From a virus, in IMG/VR virus record IMGVR_UViG_3300046167_000417, positions 2,465 to 66,464 of that record: a stretch of 64,000 bases of DNA, one strand, 5' to 3'. Position numbers and translations under genes: made by a program. The notes below the pieces were generated by a model that saw only the letters and a program-made list of their open reading frames with translations, ran no database searches and had not been told where the DNA came from. How positions within the stretch are numbered: position 1 is the stretch's first letter; every line of letters begins with the position of its first letter. This document shows, one piece after another, positions 49,805 to 59,287 of this stretch.

Positions 49805-51526
49805 ATGCAGACAACAGAGATCAATGGATTTTTGATTGACGAGTTCAATCAACATAAGCTTGAAGAGGGAAAGAAGCAGGGTATATGCCCTCTTTGTTCT
49901 CACGATAGAAAACCCAAGAATCAAAAGGCTAAATGCGCGTCTTATGATTGGGAACGGGGTCTCGGTACTTGTCACAATTGTAACACGTCATTTCAGTTAC
50001 ATACTTATCAGCGTAAAGGAGCTAGTGAAAAAGAATATGTAAGACCACCAGGTCCTCCTAACTCAACTGAACACCCTGAGTTTTTAAGTGATAAAGTAAT
50101 TGAGTGGTTTAAAACAAGAGGTATAGGATCTCAGACCTTGATTGACTTAGAAGTCAGTGAAGGTTTTGAGTTTATGCCACAGACCGGTAGAGCCGAGAAC
50201 ACTATAAAGTTCAATTATTTCATGGGCGATCAACTTATTAACGTTAAGTATCGCGATGGTAGAAAGAACTTTAAATTATATAAGGGTGCTGAAAAAGTAT
50301 TCTACAATATAAACAGTATAGTAGGTTATGAGTATTGTATTATAACTGAAGGTGAAATGGATGTTTTAGCTTTACATGAAGCAGGTATACCTAATAGTAT
50401 ATCTGTACCTAATGGCGCTACTTTAAACTCCAACAATCTTGATTACTTAGATAATTGTATTGATTACTTTGAAGATAAAGAGAAAATAATATTAGCTGTT
50501 GACTCAGATGAAGCAGGGCAAGCATTGCAATCAGAATTAGTCCGTAGACTTGGAGCTGAAGTTTGTTACCTAGCGTCATTTGATGACTGTAAAGATGCTA
50601 ATGAATATTTACAGAAATATGGAAAAGAAAAATTGGTACAACGTATCACCGGAGCAAGACCCGTACCGTTGGAGAATGTTACGACATTCAGAGATATTGA
50701 AGATGAAGTTACTGACTTTGTTCGTAATGGCTTTAAGAAAGGATATCAAATTGGCCTTGAGAATTTTGATGACATATTTTCTACTTATACCGGTCAATTT
50801 ATTACGGTCACTGGTATTCCTAGTAGTGGTAAATCAGACTTTGTTGATCAAATGGTTGTCGGATATAACCGTAACTACGGTTGGAAGACTGCTTTTGCGT
50901 CGCCAGAGAATGCGCCAACGTATTTACATGCTCACAAATTAATGCGTAAGACATGGGAAGGTATGCCTACTAAAAATGATATTGGTGGTGATAGATGGAA
51001 TAAAATAGCGGATCATTGTAATAGTAATTATTTCCATATAGACATGGAGCGTTATACATTAGAATCCGTGTTGCGTAAAGGTGCTGAGTTAGTTAAACGT
51101 AAAGGTATTAAATGCTTAGTTATTGATCCATTTAATAAAGTTAGAGACGTTGACTGTAAGACAGAGGACGTTAATAGATATACTATGGAGTACTTAACTA
51201 AAATAGAAATATTTGCTAAAAAGTATGATGTGTTAGTATTTATAGTAGCTCACCCAACTAAAATGTATAAAGACAAAGATGGTAAGATTGAAGAACCAAC
51301 TATGTATAACATTAAAGGTGGTGGAGAATGGTATGATGCTAGTTACCACGGTATATTAGTTCACAGAGATTATGAAGCTAAAACTGTTAAGGCTAAAATA
51401 TTAAAAGTTAAGTTTCAAAACCTCGGTGAAAACGGAGCTGAAGCTCATTTTAAATGGGAGCCAAAGTCAGGTTGCTTTATACCTCATGAACCTGTGTCTA
51501 ATAATGATCCTATGCCTTGGGAATAG
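49805..51526 (+). CDS. Primase-helicase (T7 gp4/Twinkle-like)
   Basis: Zn finger CPLC...CHNC, TOPRIM EGEMD and DSDEAG, Walker A GIPSSGKS, LVIDP. Confidence 0.92.
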   Translation: MQTTEINGFLIDEFNQHKLEEGKKQGICPLCSHDRKPKNQKAKCASYDWERGLGTCHNCNTSFQLHTYQRKGASEKEYVRPPGPPNSTEHPEFLSDKVIEWFKTRGIGSQTLIDLEVSEGFEFMPQTGRAENTIKFNYFMGDQLINVKYRDGRKNFKLYKGAEKVFYNINSIVGYEYCIITEGEMDVLALHEAGIPNSISVPNGATLNSNNLDYLDNCIDYFEDKEKIILAVDSDEAGQALQSELVRRLGAEVCYLASFDDCKDANEYLQKYGKEKLVQRITGARPVPLENVTTFRDIEDEVTDFVRNGFKKGYQIGLENFDDIFSTYTGQFITVTGIPSSGKSDFVDQMVVGYNRNYGWKTAFASPENAPTYLHAHKLMRKTWEGMPTKNDIGGDRWNKIADHCNSNYFHIDMERYTLESVLRKGAELVKRKGIKCLVIDPFNKVRDVDCKTEDVNRYTMEYLTKIEIFAKKYDVLVFIVAHPTKMYKDKDGKIEEPTMYNIKGGGEWYDASYHGILVHRDYEAKTVKAKILKVKFQNLGENGAEAHFKWEPKSGCFIPHEPVSNNDPMPWE

Positions 51527-51778
51527 ATGGCTAAGAAAGGAAAAGTTAACATGGGTAATTACGTACCTACAAGAAGTAATGTAAAGCATATGAGCTGGTG
51601 TATAAACAACAATATATATATATCACCTTTTGCTCACAATACATTTCAATGGCACGTAGACATAGTTATAAAAGGAAAACTAAACAGATCCCCTAAAACA
51701 TTTGAAAAAATAGAAATATGGGAGATGATATTTAAATACTACAAATATTATTACGAGAAATATGAACAAAAGATATAA
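51527..51778 (+). CDS. Hypothetical protein
   Basis: ORF of 83 aa. Confidence 0.6.
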   Translation: MAKKGKVNMGNYVPTRSNVKHMSWCINNNIYISPFAHNTFQWHVDIVIKGKLNRSPKTFEKIEIWEMIFKYYKYYYEKYEQKI

Positions 51779-52403
51779 AAACGCAAATGAAGCTTATGAG
51801 GCTGTTCTTGATGAAATACTACAAAACGGTATAGACTTTGGTGATACTAAAGCTATATTTAATTGTGGTTTTTATATAGATAATCCTTCAGATAAGTATA
51901 TAACAAACATAGAAAGAAAATGGAGTCAAAAATACGCAGCTGCTGAGTGGTCTTGGTATTTGTCCGGTGACCCTACTGTTGATAAGCTAGCTGAGTTATA
52001 TGGTAAAGTACCACCGATATGGGTACGTATGGCTGATGAGCGTGGTGAGGTAAACTCTAACTATGGTTATCAATGGAAAAGAAGCAATCAACTAGATTAT
52101 GTAGTTAATAAGTTAAGAGATAATCCAGATACGAGACACGCGGCTATAAGTATATATGATGCTAAAGAGCATGCACAATATAGCAATGATACACCTTGTA
52201 CATATGCTGTACAGTTTAGTATTATAAACAACAAGCTTTGTATGTCAGTCTATATGCGTTCTAATGACATCTGGTACGGTTTTTGTAACGATCAATATCA
52301 ATTTGCGTCGTTACACCAAATGATCGCAGACAGACTGTCTATGGACACGGGTTGGTATTACCATCACGCACATAACATGCATTTATATAAAAATAAATTA
52401 TAA
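51762..52403 (+). CDS. Thymidylate synthase-family enzyme, dCMP hydroxymethylase-like
   Basis: NSNYG, TPC catalytic Cys, MRSNDIWYGFCND, HLY. Confidence 0.8.
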   Translation: MNKRYKNANEAYEAVLDEILQNGIDFGDTKAIFNCGFYIDNPSDKYITNIERKWSQKYAAAEWSWYLSGDPTVDKLAELYGKVPPIWVRMADERGEVNSNYGYQWKRSNQLDYVVNKLRDNPDTRHAAISIYDAKEHAQYSNDTPCTYAVQFSIINNKLCMSVYMRSNDIWYGFCNDQYQFASLHQMIADRLSMDTGWYYHHAHNMHLYKNKL

Positions 52404-52411
52404 CAAAAATT

Positions 52412-53176
52412 ATGTATTATTTATACCACATACCAGGTAAAAAGATCGGCGTTACACGTGATCTTAATAACAGGGTAACCCTTATGCAAGGCTATAAGGA
52501 GAATGAGTACGAAGTTTTATTTACTAGTGATGATATAGATTTTATATCAGACAAGGAGATAGAACTTCAAAAGTCTTACGGCTACAAGGTCGATAGAAAA
52601 CTATATAAAAACTTATTTAATAATATGAAGATAAACGCAACAGAACAAACCTCAACATTCCCCGTGCCTGTGAGTAAATTAAAAGGCAGGTTAAGTGATA
52701 ACATAGGTTTAAAATGGAAAACAAGTTTTGGCCAGTTTGAGATAACAAAAGAAAACATACAGTGGATAATGATGAACGTAAAACCTTCTATGTATAATGA
52801 AAACAGGTGTTACGTTTATAACAAAGCTTTTTATGAGGCTTTCTATAATACGGAACATACACCTCAACCTTATCCTATACCCTCTCGCTTTGATCTAATT
52901 AGAACTTGGGCTAAAGACAGGGGTTTATATGATAAAGGTAATTCACATACACAATATGTTAAGTTACAAGAAGAAGCTGGTGAACTTGCTAAAGCATTAC
53001 TTAAAAATGACAAACCAGAAATAATAGACGCTATAGGTGATATAGTTGTTGTGCTAACTAATTTAGCTCATTTAGAAGGATATAATATAGAATATTGTAT
53101 TGATGAAGCTTATAAGGTTATAGCAGCAAGAACAGGTAAGATGGTTAACGGAACATTTGTAAAAGATGCAGATTAA
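52412..53176 (+). CDS. MazG-like NTP pyrophosphatase with N-terminal GIY-YIG-like domain
   Basis: KLQEEAGEL...DAIGD; N-terminus YLYH...KIGVTRDLNNR. Confidence 0.8.
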   Translation: MYYLYHIPGKKIGVTRDLNNRVTLMQGYKENEYEVLFTSDDIDFISDKEIELQKSYGYKVDRKLYKNLFNNMKINATEQTSTFPVPVSKLKGRLSDNIGLKWKTSFGQFEITKENIQWIMMNVKPSMYNENRCYVYNKAFYEAFYNTEHTPQPYPIPSRFDLIRTWAKDRGLYDKGNSHTQYVKLQEEAGELAKALLKNDKPEIIDAIGDIVVVLTNLAHLEGYNIEYCIDEAYKVIAARTGKMVNGTFVKDAD

Positions 53177-53432
53177 AACACAAGACAAGATAGTACAAAA
53201 TGTACTAAGGAAGATGGACGAACGTAGCTTAATAGGTCAAAAAAAGTATGGGGCTACAATGATGCAAGAGATTGAAGGTCAAAAGAAAGACTTGTCAAGG
53301 TTTATAGTTGATGTTCAAGAAGAATTAATGGATGCAATACTGTATCTAGAATCAGCACGTCATTGTTTACAGAATGAAATTGAAGAAGCAATGATAAACC
53401 AAATACAATTAAATGAAGAAGAAATCTTATAA
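53166..53432 (+). CDS. Small MazG-superfamily-like protein
   Basis: GQKKYG...QEELMDAILY. Confidence 0.55.
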   Translation: MQIKTQDKIVQNVLRKMDERSLIGQKKYGATMMQEIEGQKKDLSRFIVDVQEELMDAILYLESARHCLQNEIEEAMINQIQLNEEEIL

Positions 53433-53868
53433 AAGAAAAAAAGGTCCAGTACAGTCGAAGAAGATCTCATATGATGGGATCAACTTCGCGTCTGGTCTAG
53501 AACGTTATATGTATATGGCATTACGTAAAGCTAAAATAACGGCTTTATACGAAGGTCAAACCTTTGAATTATCAGAAGCTTTTGATTTTCCTTTTGAGGC
53601 ATATGAAAGATGTAGCAACAGTAAAGGAGAATATAAAAACAGAGGTAATAAAAAAATACTTAATATAAAATATACACCTGACTTTGTAGGTAAGGGTTTT
53701 ATAATTGAAACTAAAGGTAGAGCTAATGAATCGTTTCCGCTGCGTTGGAAATTGTTTAAAAAGCTTATCACTGAAAGACGATTAGGGCCACTTACATTAT
53801 ATAAACCACAAAATCAAAAAGAATGCGACGAAACGGTAAGATTAATCCTAGAGAAGCAAAAAGGTTAG
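53413..53868 (+). CDS. T7 endonuclease I-like nuclease
   Basis: FASGLE, YTPDF, IIETKG. Confidence 0.8.
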   Translation: MKKKSYKRKKGPVQSKKISYDGINFASGLERYMYMALRKAKITALYEGQTFELSEAFDFPFEAYERCSNSKGEYKNRGNKKILNIKYTPDFVGKGFIIETKGRANESFPLRWKLFKKLITERRLGPLTLYKPQNQKECDETVRLILEKQKG

Positions 53869-53999
53869 CAAGAAAAATGTATGCTGAACGTCAGATAGAT
53901 AAATGGTGGAAATGGAGTTGGGAAGTAAGAGGTAAGGTTAAATACAAAGAATTAGTAGAACAACAAGATAAATATGATATAAAAGTTTATGGGAAATAA
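53823..53999 (+). CDS. Small hypothetical protein
   Basis: Open frame filling the gap. Confidence 0.45.
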   Translation: MRRNGKINPREAKRLARKMYAERQIDKWWKWSWEVRGKVKYKELVEQQDKYDIKVYGK

Positions 54000-54147
54000 A
54001 AAACAAAAAGCAAAAAATTGGTCATTAAGTATAGGATGGTATCCAGGTGTGCTGTTTGGCATAAGAACTTACGATGAACCAAATCAAACAACTCACGTAT
54101 TATATATACCTATGATTGATATTGCACTAGAAATATTTAAAAAGTAA
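53989..54147 (+). CDS. Small hypothetical protein (52 aa)
   Basis: TAATG coupling to nrdB. Confidence 0.55.
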   Translation: MGNKKQKAKNWSLSIGWYPGVLFGIRTYDEPNQTTHVLYIPMIDIALEIFKK

Positions 54148-55115
54148 TGGGATTATTTGATGAGCGCGTAGCGTACAAGCCATTTGAATATCCTGAATAC
54201 TACACAGAAGGTTGGTTAAAACAAGCTCAAGCGTTTTGGTTACATACTGAAATCTCAATGCAGAGCGATATAAAAGATTGGAATGAAAAACTTAATGAAA
54301 AAGAAAAAAACCTCGTTGGGAACATACTTCTTGGATTCGCGCAGACCGAATGCGCTGTTTCAGACTATTGGACCCAGAAGGTCGTATCGTGGTTTCCTAA
54401 ACACGAAATAAGACAAATGGCCATGATGTTTGGCTCACAGGAAACAGTACATGCAGTAGCTTATAGTTACTTAAACGAAACTTTAAAACTAGAAGATTAT
54501 GAAGCGTTTTTACACGAGCCTGCGACGGCTAATAGATTTGATAATCTTGTATCTTATTCTGGGAGTGATAGAACTAGTATTGCTAGGTCTCTTGCTGTAT
54601 TTTCTGCATTTGCCGAAGGAGTTTCTTTATATTCTGCCTTTGCAGTTCTTTATTCTTTTCAGCTTAGAAATTTGCTTAAAGGTATTGGGCAACAAATGAA
54701 ATGGTCAGTAAGAGATGAGTCATTACACAGTAAAATGGGTTGCCAATTGTTTAGACATATGTGCGAAGAAGATAAAACTTTACTTGGCTCGTGCAGAGAA
54801 GATGTTATTAAAGCAGCTGAAACAATGGTTGAGTTAGAAGTTAAATATATAGACAAAATGTTTGAGATGGGCGACATTGAAGGCATCTCTGCTAATGACT
54901 TAAAACAATTTATAAAAAAGAGAGCAAATGAAAAACTTGTGGAACTTGGTTATGTTGACTTGGGATCGTATTTCGCATATGACGCTAAAGCATCGAGTAA
55001 TCTCGATTGGTTTTATCATCTTACCGGGGGCGTTACCCATACTGATTTTTTCGCTATTCGTCCGACAGATTATTCGAAGGCTGGTGAAAACGAAGACTAC
55101 GAAGATATATGGTAA
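54147..55115 (+). CDS. nrdB: Ribonucleotide reductase class I beta subunit
   Basis: ETVHAVAYS, AEGVSLY, RDESLH, TDFF...DYSK. Confidence 0.93.
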   Translation: MGLFDERVAYKPFEYPEYYTEGWLKQAQAFWLHTEISMQSDIKDWNEKLNEKEKNLVGNILLGFAQTECAVSDYWTQKVVSWFPKHEIRQMAMMFGSQETVHAVAYSYLNETLKLEDYEAFLHEPATANRFDNLVSYSGSDRTSIARSLAVFSAFAEGVSLYSAFAVLYSFQLRNLLKGIGQQMKWSVRDESLHSKMGCQLFRHMCEEDKTLLGSCREDVIKAAETMVELEVKYIDKMFEMGDIEGISANDLKQFIKKRANEKLVELGYVDLGSYFAYDAKASSNLDWFYHLTGGVTHTDFFAIRPTDYSKAGENEDYEDIW

Positions 55116-55193
55116 AATAAATATAACCGAAGAAGACATATACCATGATCTTAATTGGAATGGAATGTATAACTATTTTAAAAAGAAAAAATA

Positions 55194-55598
55194 ATGAAAA
55201 AAATAATAATTGCATTAGCAGTACTTTTCATGTCCTGTGGTAGCACTTATAATCTTTCAACAGATTATAGGATTAAAAGCATATTAACAATAACAGAAAA
55301 AGGAGATACTTTAGCTGTCCCGGTGAACGACTTTAAATTTAGAGTGCTTGATAGAAGAATAAAAGAGTTAATAGATCGTGACCCTTTTAGATATCAATAC
55401 AGAAGAAGCTTACAAAACTGGAACTATAATTTTTATCCTGCTCCAAGCTTTAATCAAGGTTACAATTATAATAGATCTAAACCTAACGTAAAACCACCAA
55501 AACCACCTGTGTTTGTTAAGCCTTATAAACCTACAAACCCACCAAGGATTAAACCAGTAATTAAACCAAATAATAAAAATGATTTACATAAAAGATGA
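55194..55598 (+). CDS. Lipoprotein with Pro/Lys-rich tail
   Basis: MKKIIIALAVLFMSC lipobox-like signal. Confidence 0.65.
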   Translation: MKKIIIALAVLFMSCGSTYNLSTDYRIKSILTITEKGDTLAVPVNDFKFRVLDRRIKELIDRDPFRYQYRRSLQNWNYNFYPAPSFNQGYNYNRSKPNVKPPKPPVFVKPYKPTNPPRIKPVIKPNNKNDLHKR

Positions 55599-56145
55599 CT
55601 TTCTTCCTAAGAATTTATTAAAAGCTGTAATAGCAGATAAAAATAAATACAAGGAACATAAAACGCCTGGTAAATCTTTTTGGGTAAAAGAGCCAAGCTC
55701 TATGTTTATAGAGTATATAACAGATAGAATTTCTGACATTGAAGGATCTAAAGTTAGTAATATACTTTGTTTTTTTAGACAAGCTAATGAGCATCAAGAT
55801 ACTGATTGGAGAATACATAATGATTCTATAATACAAGGTGAACAACCTGATAGAGCTTTAGTTTTGTTTTTAAGTCAAGATAATTGTAGTGGTTTAAACG
55901 GAACAGCTTTTTGGAAACATAAAACACACGGGGACACGTACGTAGGAGACTCATTGGATGATTTTAACAGACTATTGATTGAAGACAGCAACGATATATC
56001 TAAATGGGATTTAAAGACCGTTATAGGACATAAAACAAATAGACTTGTTTCTTATCCTTGCGAATATTTTCATAGTAAATATCCTAATAAATTTAAGGAT
56101 AATAGAGAAGTGATGGTAATGTTTTATAAAAAAACAAATGAATAG
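55579..56145 (+). CDS. 2OG-Fe(II) oxygenase-like protein
   Basis: IHND (HxD), GTAFW, NRLV, FH...R motifs. Confidence 0.75.
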   Translation: MIYIKDDFLPKNLLKAVIADKNKYKEHKTPGKSFWVKEPSSMFIEYITDRISDIEGSKVSNILCFFRQANEHQDTDWRIHNDSIIQGEQPDRALVLFLSQDNCSGLNGTAFWKHKTHGDTYVGDSLDDFNRLLIEDSNDISKWDLKTVIGHKTNRLVSYPCEYFHSKYPNKFKDNREVMVMFYKKTNE

Positions 56146-56389
56146 AAGAATATTAAAACTATTAGCTTATACGAACAAGCTAACTTCGTATCAAAAAGTG
56201 GCGTCACGTATAGGTTACATGGGCGCTGGGTTTTTAATAGCTGCTCAGTGGACGCTAGAACCTGTACTATATGTTATAGGTTTTATTTGCGTGATGGTAC
56301 AAACATCATCAAGAAAACAATGGAACTTAGTAGCTTTAAATTTTAATGGTCTACTAGCGTGGATAACACACTTAATAAGAAATATATAA
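56138..56389 (+). CDS. Small membrane protein
   Basis: Hydrophobic segments. Confidence 0.6.
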   Translation: MNRRILKLLAYTNKLTSYQKVASRIGYMGAGFLIAAQWTLEPVLYVIGFICVMVQTSSRKQWNLVALNFNGLLAWITHLIRNI

Positions 56390-56604
56390 TGGCACAAAAT
56401 AAATTAAAACTAAAAGTAGAAGCGTTAACTAACGTAATGCAAAAATTAATAAAAGAAGTTCAAATGAATACTAGTTTAGCTCAAGGAACTCTAACAGCTT
56501 TTCAATTATATATAGGAGAGGAAGAATGGGAAAAAGTTGTTAAACAATTACAAGACAGAGAGCAAGAGCAAAACAATAATAAAGAAAAAAAACTAGAACT
56601 ATAA
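56389..56604 (+). CDS. Hypothetical protein
   Basis: TAATG-coupled start at 56389. Confidence 0.6.
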   Translation: MAQNKLKLKVEALTNVMQKLIKEVQMNTSLAQGTLTAFQLYIGEEEWEKVVKQLQDREQEQNNNKEKKLEL

Positions 56605-58323
56605 ATGTGGAACAATGAATGGAAAAAAGGAGAAGATTACCCTACGTGGGGTAATACGGACGTATACAAGAAGACTATATCCGGGGGATATTTATTTGAC
56701 GGAGAAACGCCTAGAGAAGCATACCAAAGAGTCGCTAAAACAGTTGCTCGTAGGCTTTATAAACCAGAAATGGCTGAAGTATTTTTTGATTATATCTGGA
56801 ATGGTTGGCTTTGCCTTGCTTCTCCAGTATTGTCCAACACGGGTACAGATCGCGGCTTGCCTATTAGTTGCTTTGGTATCGACGTTGCTGACAGCATCCA
56901 AGACATAGGACAAAAAAATTTAGAAATGATGCTACTCGCTAAGCATGGCGGTGGGGTTGGTATCGGTATAAATCAAATCAGACCCGCCGGCGCTAGAATA
57001 ACAGGTAATGGAACATCAGACGGAGTCGTACCTTTCTGCAAGATATATGACTCAACAATTCTTGCAACTAATCAAGGGAGTGTCCGTCGTGGAGCTGCCT
57101 CAGTTAATATCAACATTGAACACGATGACTTCGAGGAATGGCTTGAGATCAGGGAACCTAAAGGAGATGTTAACAGACAGTCGCTTAACTTACATCAGTG
57201 CGCAATTGTTGGTGACAAGTTTATGCGTAAGCTTGAACAAGGAGATAAGGAAGCAAGATCTAGATGGAGTAAATTACTTAGAAAGCGAAAAGCAACTGGA
57301 GAACCGTATATTATGTTTAAAGGAAATGTTAACAAAGCAAATCCAAAAGCATATAAAGACAATGGATTAAAGGTACATATGACTAATATATGTTCAGAAA
57401 TAACATTAACAACAGATGAGAATCACAGCTTTGTTTGCTGTTTATCATCATTAAATTTAGCAAAATATGAAGAATGGAAAGACACTAATCTTATATACCA
57501 CGCTACGTGGTTTCTTGATGGGGTTATGGAGGAATTTATTCAAAGAGCAAAAGGACTTAGAGGTTTTGAAAATGCCGTTCGTTCTGCTCAAAAAGGAAGA
57601 GCACTCGGGTTGGGTGTACTCGGATGGCACACGTATCTCCAAGAAAAAGGTATTCCTTTTGAAGGCTTACTTGCTCAGTTCGAAACTAGGAAAATATTTT
57701 CACAGATTAAAATCGAAAGTGAAAGAGCCTCGAGAGATTTGGCTGAAATTTACGGAGAGCCTTTATGGTGTGTTGGTACCGGTATGCGTAATACTCATCT
57801 CCGTGCTATTGCTCCTACTGTTTCTAATAGTAAGCTTAGTGGCAATGTTTCTCCAGGTATTGAACCGTGGGCTGCGAATGTTTTTACAGAGCAGAGTGCG
57901 AAGGGGACTTTCATTAGGAAAAACCCAACACTAATTAAATTATTAAGAAAACATAAACTAAATAATGAAGAAATCTGGAATAAAATCTTGGCTGACGGTG
58001 GTAGCGTTCAAGGTTTACCTGAACTTGACGATGTTAAAATGGGGCACGATATACCATCTAAGGAAGTTTTTAAAACGTTTAAGGAAATAAATCAACTAGA
58101 GTTAGTTAATCAAGCTGGACTGAGACAGCAATACGTAGATCAGTCAGTTAGTTTAAACTTAGCTTTTCCAAGTGTAGCAACCCCTAAATGGCTTAATAAA
58201 GTGCATTTTGAAGCTTGGAAAAAAGGTGTTAAAACTTTATATTATACTAGAACAGAATCTGTTTTACGTGGAGATATAGCTCAACAAGCAATGAGTGAAG
58301 ACTGTTTGGCTTGTGATGGCTAA
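56605..58323 (+). CDS. nrdA: Ribonucleotide reductase class I alpha subunit (short, no ATP cone)
   Basis: ISCF, TNICSEI, CCLSSLNL, APTVS, KTLYY, C-terminal CLAC. Confidence 0.95.
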   Translation: MWNNEWKKGEDYPTWGNTDVYKKTISGGYLFDGETPREAYQRVAKTVARRLYKPEMAEVFFDYIWNGWLCLASPVLSNTGTDRGLPISCFGIDVADSIQDIGQKNLEMMLLAKHGGGVGIGINQIRPAGARITGNGTSDGVVPFCKIYDSTILATNQGSVRRGAASVNINIEHDDFEEWLEIREPKGDVNRQSLNLHQCAIVGDKFMRKLEQGDKEARSRWSKLLRKRKATGEPYIMFKGNVNKANPKAYKDNGLKVHMTNICSEITLTTDENHSFVCCLSSLNLAKYEEWKDTNLIYHATWFLDGVMEEFIQRAKGLRGFENAVRSAQKGRALGLGVLGWHTYLQEKGIPFEGLLAQFETRKIFSQIKIESERASRDLAEIYGEPLWCVGTGMRNTHLRAIAPTVSNSKLSGNVSPGIEPWAANVFTEQSAKGTFIRKNPTLIKLLRKHKLNNEEIWNKILADGGSVQGLPELDDVKMGHDIPSKEVFKTFKEINQLELVNQAGLRQQYVDQSVSLNLAFPSVATPKWLNKVHFEAWKKGVKTLYYTRTESVLRGDIAQQAMSEDCLACDG

Positions 58324-58376
58324 AGGCTAAAAGTTATGACTTTTTTATACATACAATAACTAATGTGTATAAAAAA

Positions 58377-58409
58377 TTTAATAATCTATACATATCAAAA
58401 AAGGGCTCT
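58377..58409. terminator. Likely bidirectional terminator between convergent arms; stem at about 58397-58427
   Basis: AAAAAAGGGCTCTC-gtaat-GAGGGCCCTTT downstream of nrdA. Confidence 0.6.
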
Positions 58410-58456
58410 CGTAATGAGGGCCCTTTCTGGTTACAGGAACTTTAGGTATGGTACGC

Positions 58457-58624
58457 CTATTTTTTTTTGTTCCTTTCTTTTCTAAGTTTTAACCACTTAT
58501 CTACAGTATAACCTATAGTAACTACTAATAGTAATATTTTTAAACCCATCTCTAATGTTGTGAAGGTAGTAACCCCAAGAGTAGAGGCGTTTATAACGTA
58601 TAATTTTATCTGCTGAAAATCCAT
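58457..58624 (-). CDS. Small holin-like membrane protein (55 aa)
   Basis: MDFQQIKLY...LKILLLVVTIGYT...KRKK-like basic C-terminus. Confidence 0.55.
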   Translation of the reverse strand: MDFQQIKLYVINASTLGVTTFTTLEMGLKILLLVVTIGYTVDKWLKLRKERNKKK

Positions 58625-58705
58625 TATCTATATTTTTTAAACATTAACTTATATAATAACTTGTTCCATAAATGTTGTAATTTATCTATTAGCTTTTTCA
58701 TTGTT

Positions 58706-59287
58706 TTATTTATTTTGTTTATATATATTATTACCTGTTTTTAATCCTTTATAACCATAATACAAGCTTAATAATGATTTGCTTGGATCTAGACCAGTTT
58801 TTTTAATAGCGTTGTAAATAGGTTTAACTACTTTAGCTTTCTTTAATAAAGCTGCTTTAGGATCTCCTTGTGCAAGGTCGTTAACTGTTGATGCCGTTAA
58901 TACAGCTCCACTGGTTAAAGCGGCTAATTGAGATGCTGTATTAAAAGCTGAGCTCCTTGATAACGCTTTTTTAACATCTTCGCTATTGGATGCTTTTGCT
59001 CTTCTTAAATTGGAAAGGCTACCATAAACTCCATCTCTATCTCCCTCGTCTCTCATACCAAGTGATTCACGTATACCTCCTCTTGTCTGGTTAACTAAAG
59101 CTTTTACACCATCAAATGGATTACTAAACAAGGTTCCAATTTGTTGGAAAACACCATCGTCTGGAGTAGGCATACTTATAGTAGCAGGCGGATTTTTTGG
59201 ATCTTCTGTAGCAAACTTATAATCATCTTGAGGTGTTTGTGCTGGCCCAAAGTGAAAGGGCGTAATATTTCTTAGCTTGTCTCTCAT
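58706..59287 (-). CDS. Hypothetical protein
   Basis: ORF; likely start ATG 59287. Confidence 0.6.
   Translation of the reverse strand: MRDKLRNITPFHFGPAQTPQDDYKFATEDPKNPPATISMPTPDDGVFQQIGTLFSNPFDGVKALVNQTRGGIRESLGMRDEGDRDGVYGSLSNLRRAKASNSEDVKKALSRSSAFNTASQLAALTSGAVLTASTVNDLAQGDPKAALLKKAKVVKPIYNAIKKTGLDPSKSLLSLYYGYKGLKTGNNIYKQNK

Noticed and set aside
54928-55194. 88-aa ORF overlapping nrdB
   Set aside because: Mostly out-of-frame overlap with nrdB; only the last ~28 codons might be a real small gene and no clean start is visible
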